DNA of 64,000 bases, from assembly GCA_964244845.1 (NCBI GenBank), contig CAXTKE010000014.1, forward strand, positions 86,048 through 150,047. The letters are read 5' to 3'. The position numbers and the translations under genes were made by a program. This stretch comes from an uncultured Spirosoma sp. (GTDB taxonomy: Bacteria; Bacteroidota; Bacteroidia; Cytophagales; Spirosomataceae). Below are positions 47,759 through 56,123 of this stretch, in pieces. Every line of letters starts with the position of its first letter. Within the stretch, counting starts at the first letter, position 1. The notes below the pieces were generated by a model, which was given only the letters and a program-made list of their open reading frames with translations, was not told the origin of the DNA and did no database searches.

Positions 47759-47802
47759 CGCAAAAGAGGTGTCAGTTTTGAGAAACTGACACCTCTTTTG
47801 CG
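47759..47802. repeat. GGTGTCAGTTT-N4-AAACTGACACC family, copy 2 (opposite orientation to copy 1)
   Basis: cgcaaaagaggtgtcagttt-tgag-aaactgacacctcttttgcg. Confidence 0.85.
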
Positions 47803-47819
47803 CTTTGACCGGCGTTCGT

Positions 47820-49589
47820 TTATTTGGCTACCGTCATAATTCGGAGTTCATTCAGTTGCGCTTGCGAAATAGGTGACGGCGAATCAATCATGACATCGCG
47901 GCCCGAATTGTTTTTCGGGAAGGCGATGAAATCCCGAATCGAATCGGCCCCGCCGAAGAGCGAGCACAGCCGGTCGAAACCGAACGCGATGCCGCCGTGC
48001 GGGGGTGCGCCAAACTCGAACGCGTCCATCAGGAACCCGAACTGGGCTTTGGCTTCTTCATCCGAAAAACCCAGAATGCTGAACATCCGCGCCTGCAAAT
48101 CGCGGTTGAAAATCCGAATCGAGCCACCGCCCACTTCGGTTCCGTTGATGACTAAGTCATAGGCATTGGCCCGAACGGCGCCTAAGTCTGTGTCTAATAG
48201 GGGAATGTCTTCCGGCTTTGGCGACGTGAACGGGTGGTGCATGGCAAACCAGCGTTGGTCTTCTTCGCCGTATTCGAGCAGCGGGAAATCGAGCACCCAC
48301 AACGTACTGAACACGTTCGGGTCGCGCAGACCAAGCCGACTGCCCATTTCTAAGCGCAATTCGCTCAGTTGCTTGCGGGCTTTACCGGCATCGCCCGACA
48401 TAATGAGCATCAAATCGCCGGGTTTCGAGCCGAAATGAACGGCCCACGCTCTCAAATCGGCCTCCGAATAAAACTTGTCGACGGACGATTTGAGCGTATT
48501 GTCTTCGTTATGCCGAACATAAATCAGCCCTTTTCCGCCAATCTGCGGGCGTTTGATCCAGTCTGTCAGTTCGTCCAACTGCTTGCGGGTGTAATGCGCA
48601 CAGCCCGGCACGTTGATACCCACGACCAACTCCGCCGAATCGAACACGCCAAACCCTTTGCCGGAGGTCATGTCGATGGTGTCGAAACTGCCCTTTAGCT
48701 CCACAAATTCCATACCGAAACGCGTGTCGGGTTTGTCGGAGCCGTAGCGTTGCATGGCGTCGGCATAGGTCATGCGCGGCACCTCGGCCATCTCGTAATT
48801 CTTCACGGCTTTGAATAAATGCCGCACTAGACCCTCAAACATATTCAGGATATCTTCCTGCTCCACAAACGACATTTCGCAGTCGATCTGTGTGAACTCC
48901 GGCTGGCGGTCGGCGCGGAGATCTTCATCCCGGAAACACTTGACAATCTGGTAGTACCGGTCAAATCCCGACACCATCAGCAGTTGCTTGAACGTTTGGG
49001 GTGACTGCGGCAGGGCGTAAAACTCGCCCGGATTCATGCGGCTTGGCACCACAAAATCCCGTGCGCCTTCGGGCGTCGATTTGATCAGAACAGGTGTTTC
49101 GACCTCAATAAAATTCTGACCGTCCATGTACAGTCGCGTTTGCTGCGCCATCCGGTGCCGCAGTTCGAGGCTCCGCCGAACGGGATTTCGCCGAAGGTCA
49201 AGATACCGGTATTTCATACGCAGGTCGTCGCCCCCGTCGGTCTCATCTTCGATCAGAAACGGCGGCAGTTTGGCCGCATTTAATATGGACAACTCCGTGA
49301 CTTTCAGTTCGATATCACCGGTTGGGATGTTCGGGTTTTTCGATTTTCGTTCGATGACCGTACCCGTTGCTTTCAGCACGAACTCGCGCCCCAGCGAACG
49401 GGCAACGGCGAAGAGTTCGGGTGGAGTTTGGCCGTCTTCGAGCAAAATTTGGGTGATGCCGTAGCGGTCGCGGAGGTCAATCCAGAGCACACCGCCCTTG
49501 TCGCGGATGGTCTGTACCCAACCGCAAAGGGTGGCTGTGGTGTTGTGGTCGGCAAGGCGGAGTTCACCGCAGGTATGTGTACGAAGCAT
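47820..49589 (-). CDS. aspS: Aspartate--tRNA ligase
   Basis: [69 protein letters not shown]. Confidence 0.98.
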   Translation of the reverse strand: MLRTHTCGELRLADHNTTATLCGWVQTIRDKGGVLWIDLRDRYGITQILLEDGQTPPELFAVARSLGREFVLKATGTVIERKSKNPNIPTGDIELKVTELSILNAAKLPPFLIEDETDGGDDLRMKYRYLDLRRNPVRRSLELRHRMAQQTRLYMDGQNFIEVETPVLIKSTPEGARDFVVPSRMNPGEFYALPQSPQTFKQLLMVSGFDRYYQIVKCFRDEDLRADRQPEFTQIDCEMSFVEQEDILNMFEGLVRHLFKAVKNYEMAEVPRMTYADAMQRYGSDKPDTRFGMEFVELKGSFDTIDMTSGKGFGVFDSAELVVGINVPGCAHYTRKQLDELTDWIKRPQIGGKGLIYVRHNEDNTLKSSVDKFYSEADLRAWAVHFGSKPGDLMLIMSGDAGKARKQLSELRLEMGSRLGLRDPNVFSTLWVLDFPLLEYGEEDQRWFAMHHPFTSPKPEDIPLLDTDLGAVRANAYDLVINGTEVGGGSIRIFNRDLQARMFSILGFSDEEAKAQFGFLMDAFEFGAPPHGGIAFGFDRLCSLFGGADSIRDFIAFPKNNSGRDVMIDSPSPISQAQLNELRIMTVAK

Positions 49590-49594
49590 TCGTT

Positions 49595-49750
49595 AAAGAG
49601 CGAAAGAGTGAATGAGTGAAAGAGCGAAAGGCTGACGCGAGATATTTTGCTGGAACGCCAGCCCGCTCTTTCGCTTTTTAAATTCTGCTGCAAAGGTAGG
49701 TACTTTGCCGAAACTCAGTTGTTCGCTCTTTCACTCTTTCGCTCTTTCAC
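49595..49750. repeat. Periodic inverted repeat, 8-nt unit (GAAAGAGC/T), bracketing the aspS promoter
   Basis: aaagagcg-aaagagtg-aatgagtg-aaagagcg ... cgctctttcgc ... ttcgctctttcactctttcgctctttcac. Confidence 0.85.
49691..49698 (-). promoter_or_regulatory. Bacteroidota -7 promoter box for aspS
   Basis: TACCTTTG on the minus strand matches TAnnTTTG, about 100 nt upstream of aspS. Confidence 0.65.
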
Positions 49751-49752
49751 CT

Positions 49753-51228
49753 TTACTTCCGGTAATCCAATGCTGGTTTCCGGTCGCCGAGGAGGGCTTC
49801 GTATTTAAAATCTGCCCCGCGTTTCTGCATCCATTCGGCAGTGGCTTTTTCGATCAGAGCGGGTGTTTTATATAAATCCAGGGCGGTCAGAGCCAGCGTT
49901 TTGGCCGCTACAATCATGCCTTTCTGCCCGATGCCCATACCACTGGCCGCTGTCGATTGCCAGCTATGCGCCGATGAACCCGGCACCCACGTAGCGGTTT
50001 GCAAGCCTACTGTCGGCACCGTCCAGCTTACATCACCCACGTCGGTGGAGCCGCCACTGGTCGCACTTGCCGACGCATCGCGGAAGTCTTTTACGAGAGC
50101 TGCATTGGTAATCGGCACTTTCTGTTCGCCGAATGTCTCGCTGATTTTTTGGGCGAAAGCCGTTTCGTCGGGTGTATACTTCACACCACCAACGGTTGTT
50201 AAATTCTGGTGCATCACCTCGGCCAGCGTTACGTTGGGCAGAATATCATACACACCGCCCAGCACTTCCCAGGTTACCTGCGTGCCAGTGCCTTTGGCGG
50301 CTCCTTCGGCGGCATTTTCGATGCGTTTCCAGACACTCTGCACCACCGCCCGGTCTTTATGGCGGGCGTAATAATAGACCTCAGCATTGGCCGGAACTAC
50401 GTTGGGCGCGTCGCCCCCTTTGGTGATGACATAGTGAATGCGCGTATCCTGCGGCACGTGTTCGCGCATCATGTTGACCATATAATCCATCGCTTCGACC
50501 CCGTCTAATGCCGACCGACCCCGTTCGGGTGAAGCTGCTGCATGGGCCGCGATGCCCTTGAACCGGAATTTGGCGTTCTTATTTGCCAGCGACGTACCGG
50601 CATCGGCCGCGTTCTTATCGCCGGGATGCCAGTGCAGCACCACATCCACATCGTTGAACAGTCCTTCGCGCACCATGTACACTTTTCCCGAACCGCCTTC
50701 TTCAGCCGGGCATCCATAAATCTTCACTGTCCCGGCATGACCCGACGACTTAAGCCAGTTTTTCACCTCGACCGCTGCCGCTACCGACGCCGTTCCGAAC
50801 AGGTTATGGCCGCAGCCGTGCCCGCCTTTCTGCCCGGCAATGGGCGTGAATTCGGGTTTGGCTTCGGTCGCTAATCCCGGCAGCGCGTCATACTCGCCGA
50901 GGATGCCGATCACGGGTTTGCCCGACCCATACGTAGCGACAAATGCCGTTGGAATGCCTGCCACGCCCGTTTTCACGTCGAACCCTTCCCGCCGAAGTTG
51001 CTCTTCCAGCAGGTTCGCGCTTTTCTCTTCCATGTAGCCCAGTTCGGCAAAATCCCAGATTTGCTTCGAGATACCGCCGTATTCAGCCGCCCGTTTGTCT
51101 AAGTCGGCAAGGATGGTTTGCTTGTCACGGTCTGTTGTTCCGGTTGAGGCAGCGGTCTTTTTTGGTTTCGGCTGGGCGAATGTGAGCAGGGGCAACAGGA
51201 GTGCCGTCGTGAGGAATTGTGTTTTCAT
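49753..51228 (-). CDS. Secreted M20 amidohydrolase (AbgB-like)
   Basis: ELGYMEEKS, EYDALPG, HGCGHNLFG, PAEEGGSGK, GGSTDVGDVSW, AHSWQ; start ATG at 51228. Confidence 0.92.
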   Translation of the reverse strand: MKTQFLTTALLLPLLTFAQPKPKKTAASTGTTDRDKQTILADLDKRAAEYGGISKQIWDFAELGYMEEKSANLLEEQLRREGFDVKTGVAGIPTAFVATYGSGKPVIGILGEYDALPGLATEAKPEFTPIAGQKGGHGCGHNLFGTASVAAAVEVKNWLKSSGHAGTVKIYGCPAEEGGSGKVYMVREGLFNDVDVVLHWHPGDKNAADAGTSLANKNAKFRFKGIAAHAAASPERGRSALDGVEAMDYMVNMMREHVPQDTRIHYVITKGGDAPNVVPANAEVYYYARHKDRAVVQSVWKRIENAAEGAAKGTGTQVTWEVLGGVYDILPNVTLAEVMHQNLTTVGGVKYTPDETAFAQKISETFGEQKVPITNAALVKDFRDASASATSGGSTDVGDVSWTVPTVGLQTATWVPGSSAHSWQSTAASGMGIGQKGMIVAAKTLALTALDLYKTPALIEKATAEWMQKRGADFKYEALLGDRKPALDYRK

Positions 51229-51341
51229 ATGCAGGTTGTATCGGCGATGATTGGCGTTGGGAAACGTTAAAAATAAGAGAAAAAGGGGAGAAGGCAATTT
51301 GAGTAAGGCTACACTATATTTACTTATTCAATTCTCTCTGT

Positions 51342-52307
51342 ATGACGACAAGCGTTGACCAAAACCGATTAGCTATTTACACTCGAAAATTTACCAAACT
51401 CAAACAGGGTGGCACGAAATATGGGAAAGCTCCTCACAAACCCGTTTTCCTGCTTACCATTCTCGAACTGATTGATAAGCAGATTATAGTAGAAAATCGG
51501 GTAACGATTACGCCCGAACTGGTTGCTACATTCAAAGAGAATTTCGCCTTGTTAGTGAATGCGGCCAACAAAGATGATTTTACGCAACCTTTCTTCTACC
51601 TGAAAAACGAAGGCTTCTGGTTCCTTCAGCCTAAATCCGGTTTTCTGCTCGATGTGTATATCCGCAACGTTCAAACCCTTAGCGACCGATTGGATTACGC
51701 TTATTTCATTGACGATTTGTACGGTCTGTTATTGAATCCGCCGAGTCGGTTGCATCTGAGAAATATCTTGCTCAATACGTATTTTTCAACGACTCAGGCA
51801 GCATACTGGCAAGTGAAAAATGCCGGACACAGCTATGTGCAGGATTTGAAGAACTATTTGCTGAACGAGAAAGAATTGCCCTATCAAACGAACATACAGC
51901 CAGCCGATGATGAAGAAATACGTTTTGTACGGGGTGGCTTATTCAAAAAATTAGTCCCGAAGGTATACGATTTTACCTGTGCCATTTCCGGCATGAAAGT
52001 GATTTCGGTTGACGGTTCTTCATTGGTCGAAGCTTGTCACATCGTTCCTATCAGCGTATTGGGCGATGATAAGGTTACAAATGGTATTGCTCTTTGCCCA
52101 AATCTGCATACTGCATTCGACCGGGGCATGATTGGTGTAGATGAGCAATTTCGCGTCGTTGTCTCGCCCGCTTTAGCCGACAACGTTTCAAGTTCCTATA
52201 ACCTGACCCAGTTTCATGGCCAACCACTCCGGTTGCCATTTGGAGAAGTGCATTATCCGATAATAGAGCGTTTTCGGTGGCATCTGCGCGAGCGGTTCAA
52301 AGGATGA
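51342..52307 (+). CDS. SBD-like domain plus HNH endonuclease (putative type IV, modification-dependent restriction enzyme)
   Basis: N-terminal KAPHKPVFLL...QPFFYL..EGFW; C-terminal CAISG...EACHIVP...NGIALCPNLHTAFDRG; AT-richer than its neighbours. Confidence 0.8.
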   Translation: MTTSVDQNRLAIYTRKFTKLKQGGTKYGKAPHKPVFLLTILELIDKQIIVENRVTITPELVATFKENFALLVNAANKDDFTQPFFYLKNEGFWFLQPKSGFLLDVYIRNVQTLSDRLDYAYFIDDLYGLLLNPPSRLHLRNILLNTYFSTTQAAYWQVKNAGHSYVQDLKNYLLNEKELPYQTNIQPADDEEIRFVRGGLFKKLVPKVYDFTCAISGMKVISVDGSSLVEACHIVPISVLGDDKVTNGIALCPNLHTAFDRGMIGVDEQFRVVVSPALADNVSSSYNLTQFHGQPLRLPFGEVHYPIIERFRWHLRERFKG

Positions 52308-52336
52308 ATGTAGAGAATTAGAGTCCTAAACGCATA

Positions 52337-52598
52337 TCAATACACCGCTGGGGCCACATAGCCCTGATGCAGTTGCGAAGAGGGAAAAATTAGATCCCAC
52401 TCTTTTCCCCAAACGAGATTACCCCGCTCAATGCGGAAGCGTTTGAAATTGGCCAACTGACGCTACGTGTTGTTGGGGGTGAGGGTAGTTTTGTAGAAAC
52501 GGCCCAAAGTCAACTACCTGAGATGTACCATCAGAAAAGCGTAGCTGTAAGCGATGTTTACCAGCGTATTCAGCTTCAGTTACAGCAAACGTTCTCAC
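52337..52598 (-). pseudogene. DUF2442-family pseudogene (frameshift plus stop)
   Basis: GTG 52598 gives VRTFAVTEAEYAGKHRLQLRFSDGTSQVVDFGPFLQNYPHPQ; after a frame change and a TAG it continues RQLANFKRFRIERGNLVWGKEWDLIFPSSQLHQGYVAPAVY*. Length 262 nt = 3n+1. Confidence 0.75.
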
Positions 52599-52616
52599 AG
52601 TTTTTTATGAAATTGG

Positions 52617-52733
52617 TTATTCCACCAGCGCTCGCAGCTCTTCCACAACGCCCTTAATAGCGGCAACCGTCACTACATCGGTTTCGGTCAGGCCCGTTAC
52701 CAACAGTACGTACGATGGGTCAATCGAAGCCGC
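52617..52733 (-). pseudogene. Decayed duplicate of the cysteine desulfurase 3' end
   Basis: Translates AASIDPSYVLLVTGLTETDVVTVAAIKGVVEELRALVE*, versus AASIDPSHVLLAMGL[NETEAFSCLRFSLGRFN]TEADAVATVAAIKGVVEELRALV* at 53726-53893. Confidence 0.88.
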
Positions 52734-53458
52734 TAAATTTTATCAAGCACAGCGCGGGTAAACCATTGAGGGATTAAGTCTGTCTTGAGCTCGATGTCAA
52801 CGCCGTCAGTAATTTCGGCAATCCAGACCTTAGTTTCGCCTGAGTTATCAAAAATATAGGCTCGGTTGGTAAGCCGCACCGCATCAAGTAGCAGATCCAA
52901 TGAACGGTAGTAGCGTTCAGTCACTTTCTGATCTGGTACGTTATGTCCACCCATTCTAACGCGGTGCTTGATCCGGCTAATGTTAATGAGCGGGTCTTCT
53001 GTAGCAACGTAATACAGGTAATTACGAAAACTGGCATCGCGGGCTTTTTGTAGTGTTTGTACCTTATCGGCTGACGACATTACGGTCTCGAACGTAAAGG
53101 AGCGCCCTGCTTCAATCAACTTGTGCCGTAAGAAATCTGTCAGGATAGCACTCAGGTATGAGCTAAAGCCAACATTGGCGAAATCTATAAACTCATCCTG
53201 TACAAACCGGATTTCCTGCACAAAATCGGCTTCATCGGCGCGGCTAAGCAGCGGGTGATGCTCGAAAAAGTCAATAATTTCTAACTCAGACATCTGTAGA
53301 TTGAGACCACGCACATCGAAATAGCCATCATGCTTAACGGCCTTCTCAATGTCGTCGGGATTAAGATAGTAACCCAACATATTGGCTTCAATTACTGACT
53401 TTACCGTACTCTTTCCTGAACCGTTCGGCCCAGCAAACACCCGCATTCGTTTAATCAT
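52733..53458 (-). CDS. P-loop ATPase/kinase of zeta-toxin-like (COG4185) type
   Basis: FAGPNGSGKST, FTFETVMS, RIKHRVRMGGHNVP, YIFDNSG. Confidence 0.88.
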   Translation of the reverse strand: MIKRMRVFAGPNGSGKSTVKSVIEANMLGYYLNPDDIEKAVKHDGYFDVRGLNLQMSELEIIDFFEHHPLLSRADEADFVQEIRFVQDEFIDFANVGFSSYLSAILTDFLRHKLIEAGRSFTFETVMSSADKVQTLQKARDASFRNYLYYVATEDPLINISRIKHRVRMGGHNVPDQKVTERYYRSLDLLLDAVRLTNRAYIFDNSGETKVWIAEITDGVDIELKTDLIPQWFTRAVLDKI

Positions 53459-53685
53459 GCTTTCGGTATGCGAAAATGCTTTTGGGTAATGGCTTTGGGC
53501 TTGTCAACGGTTTTCACATACGTACGTGAACCATCGGGTTTTACTTCTACGATTTGCCCGTTCTCGGCAACCAGTACACTATCGCCGGAAGCCAGCGTTT
53601 GCCAATAGGCCTGCCGCGTAGCAATGGAAGCCAGTTCAGGAATCTGCTGTTCTAAATAATCAACTGCCTTATCAGAAAGTACCAT
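53455..53685 (-). CDS. 76-aa partner protein (putative antitoxin)
   Basis: ATGA overlap with the ATPase; AYWQTLASGDSVLVAENGQIVEVKPDG. Confidence 0.75.
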   Translation of the reverse strand: MVLSDKAVDYLEQQIPELASIATRQAYWQTLASGDSVLVAENGQIVEVKPDGSRTYVKTVDKPKAITQKHFRIPKA

Positions 53686-53725
53686 CGTCTACTCGTTTGT
53701 ATAAAAGTAAAGTTACTATATTAAA

Positions 53726-54913
53726 CTACACCAACGCCCGCAACTCCTCCACAACGCCTTTAATCGCGGCAACCGTTGCCACTGCATCAGCTTCGGTGTT
53801 GAACCGACCCAGGCTGAACCGCAGACAGGAGAAGGCTTCTGTCTCGTTCAGGCCCATAGCGAGTAACACATGCGACGGGTCAATGGAAGCTGCTGTACAA
53901 GCTGAACCATTGGAGACAGCGATGCCTTCCAGACCCATAATGAGCGCATCCGAATCGCAGTTTTCGAAATAGATGTTTGTGGTATTGTAAAGCCGGTGTT
54001 CCCGATTGCCGTCTCCACGGGGGCCGTTGACGCGGGTTCCCGGAATTGTCAACAATGCAGTTTCTAACTGATCCCGCAGAGATGAAATACGTTTTGTCTC
54101 TTTTGCCATTTCCAGCCGGGCCAATTCAGCAGCTTTGCCCATGCCCACAATGCCCGGCACGTTGAGTGTGCCACTGCGTAAGCCGCGCTCGTGACCGCCC
54201 CCGTGCAACAGGGCTTTTACTTTCACTTTGTTCGGCAGTCCCGCCTGGAGCCGTCGCTGTCGCACGAACAAGCCACCAACACCTTTTGGACCATAGAATT
54301 TATGCGCCGAAAAAGCCAGTAAATCAATTTCGTCTTTATCCACATCAACAGGCAGTTTACCCACAGCCTGCGTCGCATCGGTCATAAACAGCGCACCAGC
54401 TTCGTGGGCCAGTTGGGCAATCTCCCGAATAGGCTGAATAACGCCCGTTTCGTTGTTGACCCACATGACCGACACCAGCATCGTGTCGGGACGAATGGCC
54501 GCTTTTACAACGTCCAAATCCAGTAACCCCGCGCCAGCGTCCCGGTCGGCCTGAATGGGTAAATACGTCACCTCGAAACCGCGCGTTTCTAAATAGCCGC
54601 ATACATCCAGCACAGCTTTGTGTTCGGTTTATACCGTAACGATATGCCCTTTGGTACTGCCATACGTTTCGGCAACACCTTTGATTGCCAGATTGATAGC
54701 CTCCGTCGCGCCCGATGTAAAGACTAACTCATGCGGTTCGCAGCTTAACAAATCCGCCATTTGCTGCCGGGCCGTTTTTACCGCTTCGTGGGCCGATACG
54801 CCGAATGGGTGCGTACTGGCCGCATTGGCATACGTATCCGTCAGAAACGGCATCATCGCGTCCAGTACGCGCGGGTCGAGTCGGGTTGTGGCGTTGTTGT
54901 CGAGGTAAATCAT
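53726..54913 (-). pseudogene. Class I cysteine desulfurase (IscS/DndA-like) with one in-frame TAA
   Basis: MIYLDNNATT...HIVTV-TAA(54629-54631)-TEHKAVLD...SAHKFYGPKG...GSACT. The two track ORFs are in the same frame, and 1188 nt is full length. Confidence 0.9.
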
Positions 54914-55051
54914 CTGGGTAAAGATAAGCAGGGGAGCGTCGGTAGAAAAGCAGGCCTGAAATTTAAGCAAAGACCGTTTGTAGGTATACTCACTAAATTT
55001 TGCCGTTGGTCAATTACTTTTTCCGTATGTTTGAGCCATCTAAAACGGACT

Positions 55052-55984
55052 ATGTTTACACGTAAAATCGCATCGCTTGCAGCCGCTGCCTGTCTGGCTG
55101 TTCTACTCACTAATAGCTTAACCGGATGCCAGTCGAAAGGCTCTGATACCACTGAAACGGAGAAATCCAGCACAGCTACAGACGTTGCCATGGCTGAAAA
55201 ACCCGTTGGCAAAGCGGCTGAAACAACCACCGCAGCCCCTGATCCAACCGCTATTCCGGCCGGAAAGATTGCCGATGCTGCGACCATTCTATCCCGCCCG
55301 CAGGTGCCCATTCTGTGCTATCACCAGATTCGCGACTGGCGGGCCAAAGACTCTAAAAGTGCCAAAGACTACATCATTCCAACACAAGCGTTCACCGAGC
55401 AGATGCAGATGCTGGCCGACAGCGGCTACCATACCGTTCTGCCCGATCAGGTGTATGCCTACCTGACAACTGGTGCGCCGTTGCCCAAAAAACCCATCAT
55501 GCTCACCTTCGACGATGGCGACCTCGACCAGTACGAAACGGCCCTGCCTATTCTGGAAAAACATGGGTTCAAAGGGGCGTTTTTCATCATGACCGTTGCC
55601 ATTGGCCGGCGGGGGAAGCAACCGTATATGGACAAAGCACAGATAAAAGATTTGTCGGATAAAGGGCACACGGTTGGCGCACATACCTGGGATCACCATA
55701 ACGTGAAAAAATACCAGGGCGACGACTGGAAAATTCAGGTTGAAGAGCCGAAAGCCAAGTTAGAAGCCATCATTGGCAAGCCCGTAAACTACTTTGCCTA
55801 TCCGTTCGGGCTATGGAACAAAGAAGCCCTGCCCGAAATTCAGAAACGTGGATACGCTGCCGCCTTCACACTGGCCGATAAACGCGATGAACAGATGCCG
55901 CTTTATACCGTCCGGCGCATCATTGCCGGGGGGCAGTGGAGTGCCAAAACCCTGCACCGAAATTTGGTTCAAAGCTTTGATTAG
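55052..55984 (+). CDS. Polysaccharide deacetylase (CE4/NodB) lipoprotein
   Basis: Lipobox LTGC; PILCYH, LTFDDG, GAHTWDH, FAYPFG; start ATG at 55052. Confidence 0.9.
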   Translation: MFTRKIASLAAAACLAVLLTNSLTGCQSKGSDTTETEKSSTATDVAMAEKPVGKAAETTTAAPDPTAIPAGKIADAATILSRPQVPILCYHQIRDWRAKDSKSAKDYIIPTQAFTEQMQMLADSGYHTVLPDQVYAYLTTGAPLPKKPIMLTFDDGDLDQYETALPILEKHGFKGAFFIMTVAIGRRGKQPYMDKAQIKDLSDKGHTVGAHTWDHHNVKKYQGDDWKIQVEEPKAKLEAIIGKPVNYFAYPFGLWNKEALPEIQKRGYAAAFTLADKRDEQMPLYTVRRIIAGGQWSAKTLHRNLVQSFD

Positions 55985-56123
55985 TAGTTCTTTAAGTTTA
56001 GGTCAGTTATGGTTTCATCAACAGTTGGTGAGGCTGCAACTGACCTAAATTAGCTTCAGGGAAGAATACGAAAAACTTTCCCATGAATCAATAGTTAATC
56101 AAACCGTAACATTGCCGCACCGT

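Noticed and set aside
47465-47760. Very AT-rich 300-nt gap as a hidden gene or foreign insert
   Set aside because: No credible ORF; it is consistent with the aspS terminator region plus the promoter of the esterase gene.
54629-54631. Recoding (Sec/Pyl readthrough) or programmed frameshift in the desulfurase
   Set aside because: The codon is TAA, not TGA or TAG, both halves are in the same frame, and the position is not a catalytic Cys or Lys. A point nonsense change or a sequencing error is simpler.
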